A stretch of 64,000 bases of DNA from Myxococcota bacterium (GTDB lineage: Bacteria; Myxococcota_A; SURF-8), in contig OZ223209.1 of the NCBI GenBank assembly GCA_965140415.1, positions 1,120,001 to 1,184,000 on the forward strand, read 5' to 3'. How positions within the stretch are numbered: the stretch's first letter is position 1; every line of letters begins with the position of its first letter. This document shows, piece by piece, positions 50,361-60,910 of the stretch. The position numbers and the translations under genes were made by a program. The notes under the pieces are model-generated. The model was not told the DNA's origin. It saw only the letters and a list, made by a program, of their open reading frames with translations, and ran no database searches.

Positions 50361-52018
50361 TCTTGATCCTCCTTGCCGTCTCCCGGAAGTCCTTCAGCAT
50401 GCCAAGTTTCAACCTGAAGATTCACCTCACGGATGAAGGTGACGAAATCCGCGTATGGTTCATCTATATTATTCATCAAACCGACATTATGGCCATCGAA
50501 AAATCCATCAGACGGATTGTCGAACCATTTATACCAATGGTAGGCCACAGCATAGGGACGGCGCATGAAGCTCTCCACGTACACATCGTAGGCCAGCGCC
50601 CGATCCTTCTGGGTTTCGAAAACGAAGTCATCCATGAAATTTAGAAGTCCGGAATCCTTCGCCCGGAAGGAGAACTCCTCAATGAGAATGGGTTTTTCCA
50701 GTTCCGGCCAGAGAGCATCCAGTTCGTCGACCCAATTTTCCTGATAACCTGCCATGGAAACCACGTCGAAATGCCGGGCAGCCGCTTTAACCATATTATC
50801 CCCAGGGTACCACGCAAAACGGCAGCCCAGAATGAGGTGATTCGTTTCCGCTGCTCGCAATCCCGCCACGGCAATTGTGGCGTATCGGTGAAAGGTGTGA
50901 ACCATGAATTCTTCGGTCACGCTTTCGGCTTCAGCCGTCTCGGGTTCGAAGTTATCGGATATCAGGCCAGGCAGATCATCCCAACTCGCCAGTGTCGTTC
51001 CCCATGTCGCGTTGAACTTATCAAGATCGACAGCGGCCTCCTTCACGAATCGTAACACCTCAACCCGACCTGGCGCATCCACAGGGAAGTCCACATAGAG
51101 TTGAATCAGGGTTTCATCTGTCCGCCAGTCCGGTCCCCAAACAAGCTCATTGTCCAGGAAAAAGCCAAGCAGATTCTTGTCTTCGGCAAGAGGCGCTGCG
51201 CCATTGACAGCTACCGAATAGGCATGATCTTCAAATCCCTGTGACCAGTAATCCGCCACGGGATCTTCCGGATTGTAGCGCGGCGCCCACATACCCGAAT
51301 TGAGAATCGGCTCGGCGTGTGTGTTTCGATCCACTATGGAACGGCTGCTCCATGGACCGATGGTGTTGAATTTCCAATCATGCAATCGATCCAGGGAAGC
51401 ATCGATCCAGGCTTCTTCATCTCCGTATTTATCCACAAGGATCTGGTGGTATTCGTCGTCTCGAAGATTCGAGCCCTGATAATTGACATCCGTAACACCC
51501 TTGGACACCAGCGGATACCCATCCGGCGTGATGAACCACCAGCGGCCATCAATCTTCTTCACCCGGAAATACTCACCAGGATCAGGCTCGCCGAAAGATT
51601 CAGGTGCATTCATCCAGCCGCCGTAAGGATCGAGTTGAACAGTCAGTCCGGCATTTTCGATTCGTAGCTCGTTCAAGCGGGTACGGTAGGCTTTTTCGGT
51701 TTCCGTTTCAGTTTCATTGGCCACACAACGTCCGGCTTCGCAATTCCAACCGTTTTCAGCACAGTCAGCGACGGCCCTCCATTCTCCATCTCGGCAAACC
51801 GTCAGGGAAGCGCCTTCACATCCAATCTGCCCATTCACGCAGGTAGTGGTTTCACTGTCACCATCGGATTGCGCACCGTCCATATCGCCGTCGATGGTTG
51901 GACGTTCTGCGTCCGAATCTCCGTCAGTGGATGACATGCCGGAATCACCGGACGTGCTGCTGCATGAGATATGCAGGAATACGATGGCCAGAAGGACTGC
52001 CAGTGATCTTAAGGTCAT
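50357..52018 (-). CDS. GH50/agarase-like TIM-barrel glycoside hydrolase lipoprotein (paralog 2)
   Basis: DPYGGW, FRVKKIDGRWWFITPDG, FNTIGPWS, GFFLDNEL, NHLILGCRF, PILIEEF; AGGAG RBS before 52018. Confidence 0.75.
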   Translation of the reverse strand: MTLRSLAVLLAIVFLHISCSSTSGDSGMSSTDGDSDAERPTIDGDMDGAQSDGDSETTTCVNGQIGCEGASLTVCRDGEWRAVADCAENGWNCEAGRCVANETETETEKAYRTRLNELRIENAGLTVQLDPYGGWMNAPESFGEPDPGEYFRVKKIDGRWWFITPDGYPLVSKGVTDVNYQGSNLRDDEYHQILVDKYGDEEAWIDASLDRLHDWKFNTIGPWSSRSIVDRNTHAEPILNSGMWAPRYNPEDPVADYWSQGFEDHAYSVAVNGAAPLAEDKNLLGFFLDNELVWGPDWRTDETLIQLYVDFPVDAPGRVEVLRFVKEAAVDLDKFNATWGTTLASWDDLPGLISDNFEPETAEAESVTEEFMVHTFHRYATIAVAGLRAAETNHLILGCRFAWYPGDNMVKAAARHFDVVSMAGYQENWVDELDALWPELEKPILIEEFSFRAKDSGLLNFMDDFVFETQKDRALAYDVYVESFMRRPYAVAYHWYKWFDNPSDGFFDGHNVGLMNNIDEPYADFVTFIREVNLQVETWHAEGLPGDGKEDQE

Positions 52019-52049
52019 GATAAAAGCTCCTATTATTAACCCGGTTTTA

Positions 52050-53750
52050 TTATCGAGTTTCCGGGACGCCTTCGGCATGCCAGATTTCGGCTTGGAAGTT
52101 CACCTCGCGGATGTACGTCACGAAATCCTGGTAAGGATCGTCATTGCTGTTCATCAGGCCGAAGTTGTCTCCCGCGATGAAACCGTCTGTGGGATTGTCA
52201 AACCATTTATACCAATGGTAGGCCACCGCATACGGACGGCGTATGAAACTTTCCACGTACGTATCAAATGCCAGCGCCCGGTCTTTCTGGGTCTCAACCA
52301 CAATGGCGTAGTTCATGATGTTGGGAAGTCCAGAATCCTTTGCCTTGAAGGAAAACTCTTCGATGAGAAAAGGTCTGTCCGTCTCCGGATAAACGGCATC
52401 CAGTTCGTCAACCCAATTTTTGTGGTACCCTGCCATAGAAATGACGTCAAACACCTTTCCGGCTGCACGGACGAGGGCATCGCCGGGATACCAGGCAAAG
52501 CGGCAGCCAAGAATCAGGTGGTTCGAATCTACGGCACGTAAGCCCGCAATGGCAATGCTTGCATAGCGATTGAAGGCAAGAACGCTGAAGTCTTCTGAAA
52601 CCGCTTTGGCATTGTCTGTATCGGGTGAGAGATCGCTGGATGTAAGGATAGGCAGATCGTCCCAGCTTCCTAGCGTTGTTCCCCAGGTTGAGTTGAATTC
52701 CTCAAGGCTTGCCGCCTGTTCCTTTATGAAGTGTAACGCCTCAACCCTGCCCGGAGCCTCAGCCGGAAAATCGAGGTAGGCCTGCAACATGGTTTTATCT
52801 GTTCGCCAATCCGCTCCCCAGAACAGTTCGTTATCCAGGAAATACCCGATCAAAAACTCGTCATTGACATGCGGCGTCGCCCGATCAATGGCGACCTGAC
52901 GCGCGTTTTGCGAAAAACCCTCTGACCAGTAATCAGTGACGAAATCGCTCTCTGGGTAGCGGGGCGAATGGCCGGCGGAATCCATGATCGGCTCGGCATG
53001 TGGCATGCGAGTAACCATCGATTCGCCACTCCACGGCCCCACGTTGTTGAATGACCATTCCTTGAGTCGCGCCAGCGAGGCATCCGCCCAGGTTTCTTCA
53101 TCACCATATTTGTCGACGAGGATTTGATGGAAGGGGTCGTCGGAAAAATTAGGACCGAGATAGTTTACATCCGTAACACCTTTGGAGATAAAGGGATACC
53201 CATCCGGAGTGATAAACCACCAGCGGCCATCAATCTTCTTCACCCGGAAATACTCACCAGGATCAGGCTCGCCGAAAGATTCAGGTGCATTCATCCAGCC
53301 GCCGTAAGGATCGAGTTGAACAGTCAGTCCGGCATTTTTGATTCGCAGTTCGTTCAGGCGGGTGCGGTAGGCAACTTCGGTTTCCGTTTCCTCTCCCGAT
53401 GCAATGCATTGGCCGTTTTGACACGTCCAGCCATTTTGGGCGCAGTCAGCTATAACCAGCCATTCTCCAGTGTGGCAAATCGTGAGAGAGGAGCCTTCAC
53501 ATCCGATCTGGTCGTTCACGCAGGTGGCGTTCTCCTCATCGCCATCGGTTTGTGCCCCGTGGTCAATATCACCATCTGGGGAAGCATCCATCTCCGTGTC
53601 CAGTTCGCTCTCGCCATCACCGTCGATGGCAGGAAGGTCCACCTCCGCGTCACCGTCCACCCCCGAGATACCGGGATCATTGGATGTGCTGCTGCATGAA
53701 ACAGGCAGAAATACGATGACCAGAAGGACTGCCAGGGATTTAAAAGTCAC
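52050..53750 (-). CDS. GH50/agarase-like TIM-barrel glycoside hydrolase lipoprotein (paralog 1)
   Basis: Same motifs (GYFLDNEL, PFLIEEF); GTG start with AGGAG RBS. Confidence 0.75.
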   Translation of the reverse strand: MTFKSLAVLLVIVFLPVSCSSTSNDPGISGVDGDAEVDLPAIDGDGESELDTEMDASPDGDIDHGAQTDGDEENATCVNDQIGCEGSSLTICHTGEWLVIADCAQNGWTCQNGQCIASGEETETEVAYRTRLNELRIKNAGLTVQLDPYGGWMNAPESFGEPDPGEYFRVKKIDGRWWFITPDGYPFISKGVTDVNYLGPNFSDDPFHQILVDKYGDEETWADASLARLKEWSFNNVGPWSGESMVTRMPHAEPIMDSAGHSPRYPESDFVTDYWSEGFSQNARQVAIDRATPHVNDEFLIGYFLDNELFWGADWRTDKTMLQAYLDFPAEAPGRVEALHFIKEQAASLEEFNSTWGTTLGSWDDLPILTSSDLSPDTDNAKAVSEDFSVLAFNRYASIAIAGLRAVDSNHLILGCRFAWYPGDALVRAAGKVFDVISMAGYHKNWVDELDAVYPETDRPFLIEEFSFKAKDSGLPNIMNYAIVVETQKDRALAFDTYVESFIRRPYAVAYHWYKWFDNPTDGFIAGDNFGLMNSNDDPYQDFVTYIREVNFQAEIWHAEGVPETR

Positions 53751-53768
53751 AACAAAAACTCCTTTGAG

Positions 53769-56147
53769 CTATGGCTGCTCTTTCATAACGACGACGAGTT
53801 CGCCGCCGTCGCGGATCATGGGCCAGGTCAGGATTGGACGCGCTAATACCTCCCCATTGAAGCGGTATTCGACGGGCACGACATTGCCTTCAAGAGGCCC
53901 TTCTGCGCGAATGACCAACACGCCTTCGGCAAGCTGGATTTCTGCTTTGCGTACTCTCGGACAGGCCAGCCAGTAATCGTCCGTTCCGGGATTCGGATAA
54001 AATCCCAACATGGAAAAGACCAGCCAGGCCGAAAGCGTTCCGACATCATCGTTGCCGGGCAGACCGTCCGGCGTGCTGTTGTAATGCGTGTCCATCACCC
54101 AACGGACGGTCCGGCAGGCCAGATCGGGACGCCCTACTGATGAAAACAGATAGGCCGTGTGCAGGCTCGGTTCGTTTCCGTGCCAATAGTAGAGGCGGTT
54201 GCCGCCGATGACTTCCGGATCGTCGGGAAGGGATTCGAATTCATCTCGTGAGAGCTCGAAGAAGTTTGACAGCCGTTCGGTGAAGCTCTCCGGCCCGCCG
54301 TTCATTTCAATCAGCCCCTGTGCGTCGTGGGGAGCGAAGAACAGGTAATGCCAGGGATTCCCTTCTGTGAATGCAGAGTTCTTCCCGTCCAGCACGTTCG
54401 GTGGTATGGATTCCGGCGAGAAATCCGGCCAAGCCGAGCCACCATCCGCGTTCAAAGGCAAAAAGAACGCGTGTTCCTCATCCCAAATATTCCGATGGTT
54501 GAACCGCGTCTGGCATACCAGTTCGGCGTCTTCCGTGCGTCCGAGCCGCGTTGCCATCTCGCAGAGTGCCTCGTCAGCGACGGCGTATTCCTGGGTCTTG
54601 GATACCGAGCCGCTTTCAGCGTCTGCCGGGATGTATCCGATATCCAGATGTTCCGAAAAACTTTCGCGACCGAAATAACCGGAACCCGGTTCTGTGGGAG
54701 CACGCACTGTTAGCATACTGAAATCGAGTGCTTCATCGAAAGGAAAAACGAGTCCTTTCAGGTAGCTGTCCGCAATCACAATGTCGGCGGGTGTACCTAC
54801 CATAATGTTGGTTTCGCCATTGGCGAAGGCCCATTTGGGGAAGTAGCCGCCCTGACGGGCCATATTGAGCAGGGAATACACCATCTCAAGCTGATATTCC
54901 GGGTAGATAATGGTCAACAGCGGATGCTGGGTCCGATAGGTATCCCACAAGCTGAAATCCGAGTAATACCGACTCTGTTCGGTTTCATGCAGTTGGCCGT
55001 CGAAGCCTAGATAACTTCTATCCACATCGCTCATGAGTGTGGGCATGAGCAATGTGCGATAAAGTGCGCTATAAAACTGCCGTCGGATATTATCGCTTTC
55101 GCTGTCAATGCGGATGCGGGAAAGCAACCTGCGCCATTGATCCTGTCCTTCGGCAAGAACGGAATCAAAGTTAGAGTCAGACGTTTCTGTCTCCAGGTTG
55201 ATGTCTGCACCATCTGCTGAGGCGAAAGACATTCCGACCTGTATTTCCAGACTATCCGCATCTTCATAACAGAGTAAAGCGCCGAGCGTTATCGAACCTT
55301 CGGCTGAAAGGCGGTTTTCCTCAAGACCCGCGGAGTTCCAAGTTGCGACATAGTCCGGGTTCGGAGGAAACGCACCGGAAGCGTACATGGTCAATCCTCC
55401 GATTTCGAAAGAAAACCCACCGATCTGAAGAAATGTGGCCGTGAAGCGTCCGTCTTCCTGGTCAAGGTCAATCCTGGCATCCGTGATAATGTTATTCGGC
55501 AAGGCGTGGGCGACATCGATCAGCACGCAGCGCAGATCGTTTGATTCTGTTGGAAATGAATACCGGTGCCAAGCCACGCGATCCGAGGCGGTAAGCTCCA
55601 CTCGGATACCGTCCTCCAGTGTAACGGCGTAATATGCGGGGCTAACCGTCTCGCTACTCTTATCGAAACGGGTTCTGTAGTTCTGATCCGAGAATCCTGA
55701 AATCACGCGCCCTAATTGCGGCAACATCAGGATATGGCCGTAGCTCGTAACGCCCACTCCGTGCATGTGGGTCTGGGAAAATCCGGCTATCCAGTCATCG
55801 TGATAATAGTAACCGGCGTGATGCAGCGGGTCCGGTGTCCCATCGGTTCCTTGTGTGTCTGGCGATGGTTTCACCATGCCAAACGGACGCGTCGCGCCGG
55901 GGGTGCCGTTGCCGCCGCCCCAGAAACCGTAGCCTCCGGTTCCGATCAGCGGGTCCACCCAGTCCAGGGAGAACCAGGAGTCCGCATTGTTTTCCTCTTC
56001 TTCCCCTTCGGCTTCGCTTTCTATATCGCCATCGGGGGAGGATTCCTTATCTCCATCAGTATGGCTTTGGCCCGCTTCATTTGTACAACCGAAACAAACG
56101 AAAAAAACGACCAGCACAACAAGATTTATTGATGTCTGAAATATCAT
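53769..56147 (-). CDS. GH92 alpha-mannosidase lipoprotein
   Basis: VDPLIGT, PGATRPFGMV, FSLWDTYR, SKTQEYA, FTEGNPWHY, HGNEPSLH, PGNDDVGTLSAW. Confidence 0.92.
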   Translation of the reverse strand: MIFQTSINLVVLVVFFVCFGCTNEAGQSHTDGDKESSPDGDIESEAEGEEEENNADSWFSLDWVDPLIGTGGYGFWGGGNGTPGATRPFGMVKPSPDTQGTDGTPDPLHHAGYYYHDDWIAGFSQTHMHGVGVTSYGHILMLPQLGRVISGFSDQNYRTRFDKSSETVSPAYYAVTLEDGIRVELTASDRVAWHRYSFPTESNDLRCVLIDVAHALPNNIITDARIDLDQEDGRFTATFLQIGGFSFEIGGLTMYASGAFPPNPDYVATWNSAGLEENRLSAEGSITLGALLCYEDADSLEIQVGMSFASADGADINLETETSDSNFDSVLAEGQDQWRRLLSRIRIDSESDNIRRQFYSALYRTLLMPTLMSDVDRSYLGFDGQLHETEQSRYYSDFSLWDTYRTQHPLLTIIYPEYQLEMVYSLLNMARQGGYFPKWAFANGETNIMVGTPADIVIADSYLKGLVFPFDEALDFSMLTVRAPTEPGSGYFGRESFSEHLDIGYIPADAESGSVSKTQEYAVADEALCEMATRLGRTEDAELVCQTRFNHRNIWDEEHAFFLPLNADGGSAWPDFSPESIPPNVLDGKNSAFTEGNPWHYLFFAPHDAQGLIEMNGGPESFTERLSNFFELSRDEFESLPDDPEVIGGNRLYYWHGNEPSLHTAYLFSSVGRPDLACRTVRWVMDTHYNSTPDGLPGNDDVGTLSAWLVFSMLGFYPNPGTDDYWLACPRVRKAEIQLAEGVLVIRAEGPLEGNVVPVEYRFNGEVLARPILTWPMIRDGGELVVVMKEQP

Positions 56148-57526
56148 TCAAGCCATCCTAAACTTTCCAGCGCTTGCCATGCACAGGGACCGGAAGACAT
56201 TCCAAGACCGGTCTTGGCTTCATATCCCTCCAGTCGACCCGACGTGTCAGCTTCGACGGATTCCGGATCGAGGATATAACCAATAGAATCATCGGCAAGA
56301 CCGACTGTGAAACGAAACGGCCCGCTCATCCTTTCCCGCGCGGCCAGGGAGTATTCCGGGCTTGGCTCACCTGGAAAGACGACGAACTCGGCATCTCCGA
56401 GCCTGTGTAGGGAAATGGGGATTTCCGACACGATCATTCTATCATCGTCTTCAATGACCGTGCGTTTGGGCATACCCAGAAGGCGGTATGTGTCCACGAG
56501 GTAGGAGTCCCGCGCTTCGCAGGAGTAGAGGGTCGAATTATGCCGGATGTCGAATCGGTTCGACGGCTCGAACTCGTCAGTCTTGGCTAGCACGGCATCG
56601 GTGAGGGCGCTACCCACCAGCCATGCGTCGTCCCACATGGTTTCTTCCGGGGAGAAGGTGTACGGTCCATGCACGGCAGCAATGAATCCCTGGAGGAACA
56701 TGGCCGGGGCGGCGGTATTTTCCTTCATGGTTTCCCGAAAACCCCAGAGGAAATCGGCTGAGGCGAGAGTGTTCGACTCCGGCAACACCGTGGGATGCTT
56801 GGCGAAATTGATGATGGTGAGCAGAACCTCGTTCTCCGGTGAGCGAGCTTGGGCGACACTCAGCGTGTTGTCGAGAACCGGTGAGCAGTTTTCGTCGCGT
56901 CCGGTATAGCCATTCAGTTCCGTTTCTCCGAAAAACAGAGTGACTTCGCTAAGCTCTTCCGCTGCCTTTATGGCCAGATCGGTCAAGGTTACACGCATGA
57001 ATTCCAACAGTTCCTTATCCACACCCTCACCGATATCCTGGTAGAGCCCTCCGAGATCCGTAGAGGCATGGCTATGGCTGCTGGTGATGACGATCTGGTC
57101 GGGTGAAGTGATCAATCCGCCGGGACTTTTTTCGATGATAGAATATTTTACGTCCCTGATGCCCGGCCCCCATTCGCCGAACTCCCAGCAATACATTGTG
57201 CTATCCAGGCTTATAATAAGAATAGCTTCTCCGGCTCCGTTGGTGAATAACGCCGCTTGCGCAAGCAAGGGGTCGTGGACGCCAGTAGCCGCCCGGTGTT
57301 GGCCTGGAAGACCGAATCCGCCTAAGATAACACCTTCGTCGGGGCTGATGTCCGCCTCGGCATAACCAAGCATGAAACCGCTGGTTTGTTCGGGTTGGTC
57401 GGTCATCTCGGAGTCTTGATCTCCATCGCTGCCAAGAGTTTGTTCGTTATGCGTTTCTTCGCATCCTGCGACAACCAGAATGGTAAAAATCGATAACAGC
57501 AAAATCATTTTCTGGTTGAGATTCAT
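56144..57526 (-). CDS. Neutral/alkaline ceramidase-like lipoprotein
   Basis: DISP, LGGFG, GVHDPL.A.A, SSHSHAS, NFAKHPT, SADF, FPGEP, GLADDSIGY, GYE. Confidence 0.7.
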   Translation of the reverse strand: MNLNQKMILLLSIFTILVVAGCEETHNEQTLGSDGDQDSEMTDQPEQTSGFMLGYAEADISPDEGVILGGFGLPGQHRAATGVHDPLLAQAALFTNGAGEAILIISLDSTMYCWEFGEWGPGIRDVKYSIIEKSPGGLITSPDQIVITSSHSHASTDLGGLYQDIGEGVDKELLEFMRVTLTDLAIKAAEELSEVTLFFGETELNGYTGRDENCSPVLDNTLSVAQARSPENEVLLTIINFAKHPTVLPESNTLASADFLWGFRETMKENTAAPAMFLQGFIAAVHGPYTFSPEETMWDDAWLVGSALTDAVLAKTDEFEPSNRFDIRHNSTLYSCEARDSYLVDTYRLLGMPKRTVIEDDDRMIVSEIPISLHRLGDAEFVVFPGEPSPEYSLAARERMSGPFRFTVGLADDSIGYILDPESVEADTSGRLEGYEAKTGLGMSSGPCAWQALESLGWLE

Positions 57527-57655
57527 CAGAACGCCTCCTATCGTGTAATGACGACTTCAGTCGCACCACTGGCGTTGACCATTAGGGAAACCAGCACTCG
57601 ACTTTACGATCCTGTTGATATGGTCAAGCATCGCCATGTTGCATTCCTTTCAGCC

Positions 57656-60199
57656 TCATGGACGAAGCAGCGTTTCCGCTGTTTTTTCGGCGACAATCGC
57701 CTCGCGGTCATGCGGAATCAGTCGATACTCGCCCTCTAGCCAATCATCAATCTGATCCCCAAAACCGTAGGGCATGTTGTAATAGGTCTGAAGCCTGCCA
57801 TTGCTATCGAATGTCCATAAAAGCCGATAGACCGAACCGGCGGAAGAATTGCAACGTTCCATCAGCTTTCCAGAATCCCAACAGTGGCTTTGGCTGACAT
57901 TGACCGAGGAATCGTCGCCATTCTTGTTTTCCCGCTTGATTATTTCTCCCGCAGGATTGTCGAAGACGGCTTCATGAATATCGCTCCACGTAATGTTTTC
58001 CAACTCACGAGTTGCGATGTCGGCTAAGGCATCGTCCATCGCTTCGATCATCAGCAGTTCAGAAGAAACATCGAGGAAAGTCGCGATCCGATTTCTGTGC
58101 GTATTCAGAGTGAACTTGGTCATGGTCACCGGTTGTGCATCATCAAGATCTTCAAAAACCAGCGACAGGTCATCCCCTAAAGTGCGTTTTGATAGATAGG
58201 CGTACCAGATTCTAAACAGTGCAGCTGCTTCCGAATCCCGTGTTACCATCCGATCCCATGTGGAAAGCAGATTGATCGCCTCCTGTATATCGATTCGATC
58301 TCTATATTCACTAAGGGTTTCATCTGAACCAAGCATCTGACCCGCATTGGAAAGCATTGGAATAAGACCCGCAGCCAGGTTGCTGTAGCTATCCATTTGA
58401 AGGATCTTCATATCTTGAAGGGTGATCGGTTCCGCCTCGATCATATCGTTCAACAGACCGGTAAGGCGTGTGGCGCGAAAACCCGGAGAAAAATAGCTGC
58501 CATAGTAGAACTCGTCATTAAGCGGATCATTATCGTCAGTATGCCCCCAGGGGTCGTTGTTACCGGTTACGACAAACGGACGCTGGGTGTGATCAAGGTA
58601 TGGAAGTTGCTCATCGGGAAGCACATTGCCATTCCAGAATGTGCTCGGATCGGAGCCGTCAAGAATGCGATTGGCTTGAGGTCGACCGATCCTGGGACCA
58701 CGATCAGGAATTCGTCCGTGCGCCATGAGCGTGAATCCTTCGGTGCTAGCCGCCAGCCAGTTCTGCATGCCGGAGATCTGCAAACTGGTCGCCGCTTCGA
58801 AGTCATCAAGTGTCGCCATGCGATCGTAATCCAGATATTGGAAGACTTCGTGGCTTGGGCCGAACCCGACCCAGTTCATCAGGACACTGCCTTTGGCAAA
58901 GAGAAACGATGGTATAGGCAGGATATCGTCGGGAATCAGTACACCATATCCGTCCACGCTACGAATTTCAAATGTTTCCGTATCGACCGTTCCTTCCTCC
59001 CGTTTAACCAGAATATCTTCTGAACGAGTATCGAACGGTACTTTGTTGTTTCCGATGACAACCTTACCATCGTTCGTTACACTTACATCCCAGATGTCCA
59101 TCACATCGGCAAAGTTCGTGGTTGCACCCCAGGCAACCGATGAGGTATTGCCGACATGCACTCCGGGAACCCCAGGAAAAGAGAGTCCCATTACATCAAA
59201 TTTTCCTCCTGCATCGGAGGAATTGAGATGGGCCAGGTACATATTACTTGGGTATCCATAGTGGGCGTGGGAATCGTTGGCGAGCATCGGAAAACCGCTT
59301 GCCGTGTAGTCGCCGGAAATAGCCCAATTATTGCTGCCTTCACCAAGCCGCAATATTTCTCGGTATTCAAGTAGCGCTTTTGTGAACGTTTTCAGTTCTA
59401 AACGATCCTTCTCTGACAATGCGTGTCCCACTGTATTTGAAATGCTGCGCTTTGTATTAGGATTAAAAACGGAAGTGCCCTCTGTCATGAAATAAGCCGC
59501 TCCGCCCGGCTTGTAGATGGGCAATTCATCCACGTTTGCCACCAATTTATCAAGGACGGAAGCGAGCATATCGAATTCCATGGTGCTGGAAAATCCGAAC
59601 ACCATCATGATCCCGATGGATATCAGATCCTTTTGCGTAAAGGGTTCGGGATCGAAATCATAAGATATATAGTCACTTGGACGATCGGCGCTCCCGGTTA
59701 CGATTTCATCCACGCGTCTGTTGATTCCTGCCGTATAAGCCACGACAAGCTGCCAGTCGTTCGGACGCTCGGAACTCATCAGATCAATGCTTTCCTGGGC
59801 AATGGTTGTCAATCCAATCGTGCGCATCAGCTTATCCGAGGTCAGTTTTCTCTCGCCGAGCACCTCGGCAAGTCGACCTGTTGCACGACGACGATTAACA
59901 TCCAATTGGAACAGGCGATCGACCGCAAGCTGGTATCCAGAAGCGAAAAAGAGATCGAGATCGTTCTTTGCAAAAATATGCGGCACCCCGGTTTGGTCGA
60001 AAAGAATTTCCACATCGTCACTGAGGCCATTGAAGAGTTCTACCGTTTCGGTATCCTGATCATCATCGATGTCACCATCCGGACTGGTATTGTTTTCTTC
60101 ATTACTGCTACATGCCGTGATAAGCATGAGCAAAACTAGGATGCCGATCACGTGACCAAAGCCGGATACTCGAATTTGCTTTTCTGATTTTCTCTTCAT
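57656..60199 (-). CDS. Penicillin acylase family (Ntn hydrolase) lipoprotein
   Basis: GVPHIFA, DRLFQLD..RR..GRLAEV.G, GSNNWAISG nucleophile Ser, LANDSH; start uncertain. Confidence 0.9.
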   Translation of the reverse strand: MKRKSEKQIRVSGFGHVIGILVLLMLITACSSNEENNTSPDGDIDDDQDTETVELFNGLSDDVEILFDQTGVPHIFAKNDLDLFFASGYQLAVDRLFQLDVNRRRATGRLAEVLGERKLTSDKLMRTIGLTTIAQESIDLMSSERPNDWQLVVAYTAGINRRVDEIVTGSADRPSDYISYDFDPEPFTQKDLISIGIMMVFGFSSTMEFDMLASVLDKLVANVDELPIYKPGGAAYFMTEGTSVFNPNTKRSISNTVGHALSEKDRLELKTFTKALLEYREILRLGEGSNNWAISGDYTASGFPMLANDSHAHYGYPSNMYLAHLNSSDAGGKFDVMGLSFPGVPGVHVGNTSSVAWGATTNFADVMDIWDVSVTNDGKVVIGNNKVPFDTRSEDILVKREEGTVDTETFEIRSVDGYGVLIPDDILPIPSFLFAKGSVLMNWVGFGPSHEVFQYLDYDRMATLDDFEAATSLQISGMQNWLAASTEGFTLMAHGRIPDRGPRIGRPQANRILDGSDPSTFWNGNVLPDEQLPYLDHTQRPFVVTGNNDPWGHTDDNDPLNDEFYYGSYFSPGFRATRLTGLLNDMIEAEPITLQDMKILQMDSYSNLAAGLIPMLSNAGQMLGSDETLSEYRDRIDIQEAINLLSTWDRMVTRDSEAAALFRIWYAYLSKRTLGDDLSLVFEDLDDAQPVTMTKFTLNTHRNRIATFLDVSSELLMIEAMDDALADIATRELENITWSDIHEAVFDNPAGEIIKRENKNGDDSSVNVSQSHCWDSGKLMERCNSSAGSVYRLLWTFDSNGRLQTYYNMPYGFGDQIDDWLEGEYRLIPHDREAIVAEKTAETLLRP

Positions 60200-60273
60200 A
60201 AGTAAGCCTTTTCGTTTACTGTTACTTTTCGCCAACGGATAGCTACTATCTACCTGAACTACAGGCCAATTTG

Positions 60274-60876
60274 TCAGTCTCGAAACCCATCGGCGAACAT
60301 ATCTACCAACCGTATCAAGTCTTTATCCATTGATGAGAGATTCTGAAGACAACCGCCTTCAAACCATTCTCCAAGAATCGCACGGCTGGCTCCAAGCATC
60401 GCACCTGCAACGATATCGGCCCGCCGCTTGGTTAAAAATGGCTTTCCGGTCCAGGATTGAAGGCTGGTGGAAATGATCTTCTCAAACTCGATATCCAGTT
60501 CCATATCTGAGGAGATCAACTCTTTGGAAGAGGTTACGATCCTGTATTCGTCCAGGAGTTGGTTCTTTTGCTGCTGATACTCCTTTGATATGGCTAGTAG
60601 GGCGTGTTTTAAACGGTCGAATGGATTTCCGGTACCATGCCCATTGGTCAAATATTGTTTAAGCGATTCACGGCGATAGTCGTGATTCCAGAATACAATG
60701 GCCTCTTTGGTTGTGAAATATCTGAAAAAGGTGCGCTGGGACAAGTCGGCCTGATCGACGATTTCATCGATCGTCGAAGCCTCGTATCCCTTTTCAAGAA
60801 AAAGCCGCGTGGCAACCTGGATCAAGCGGTCCCGGGTCTTGATTTTCTTTCGCTCTCGAAGTGGAAGACGTTCCAA
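60274..60876 (-). CDS. TetR family transcriptional regulator
   Basis: LRERKKIKTR..A..LFLEKGYEASTIDEI..RTFFRYF.TKE. Confidence 0.93.
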   Translation of the reverse strand: MERLPLRERKKIKTRDRLIQVATRLFLEKGYEASTIDEIVDQADLSQRTFFRYFTTKEAIVFWNHDYRRESLKQYLTNGHGTGNPFDRLKHALLAISKEYQQQKNQLLDEYRIVTSSKELISSDMELDIEFEKIISTSLQSWTGKPFLTKRRADIVAGAMLGASRAILGEWFEGGCLQNLSSMDKDLIRLVDMFADGFRD

Positions 60877-60910
60877 TTACTAGCTCCTTTGGGTAAAGAA
60901 TGCAAAACTC

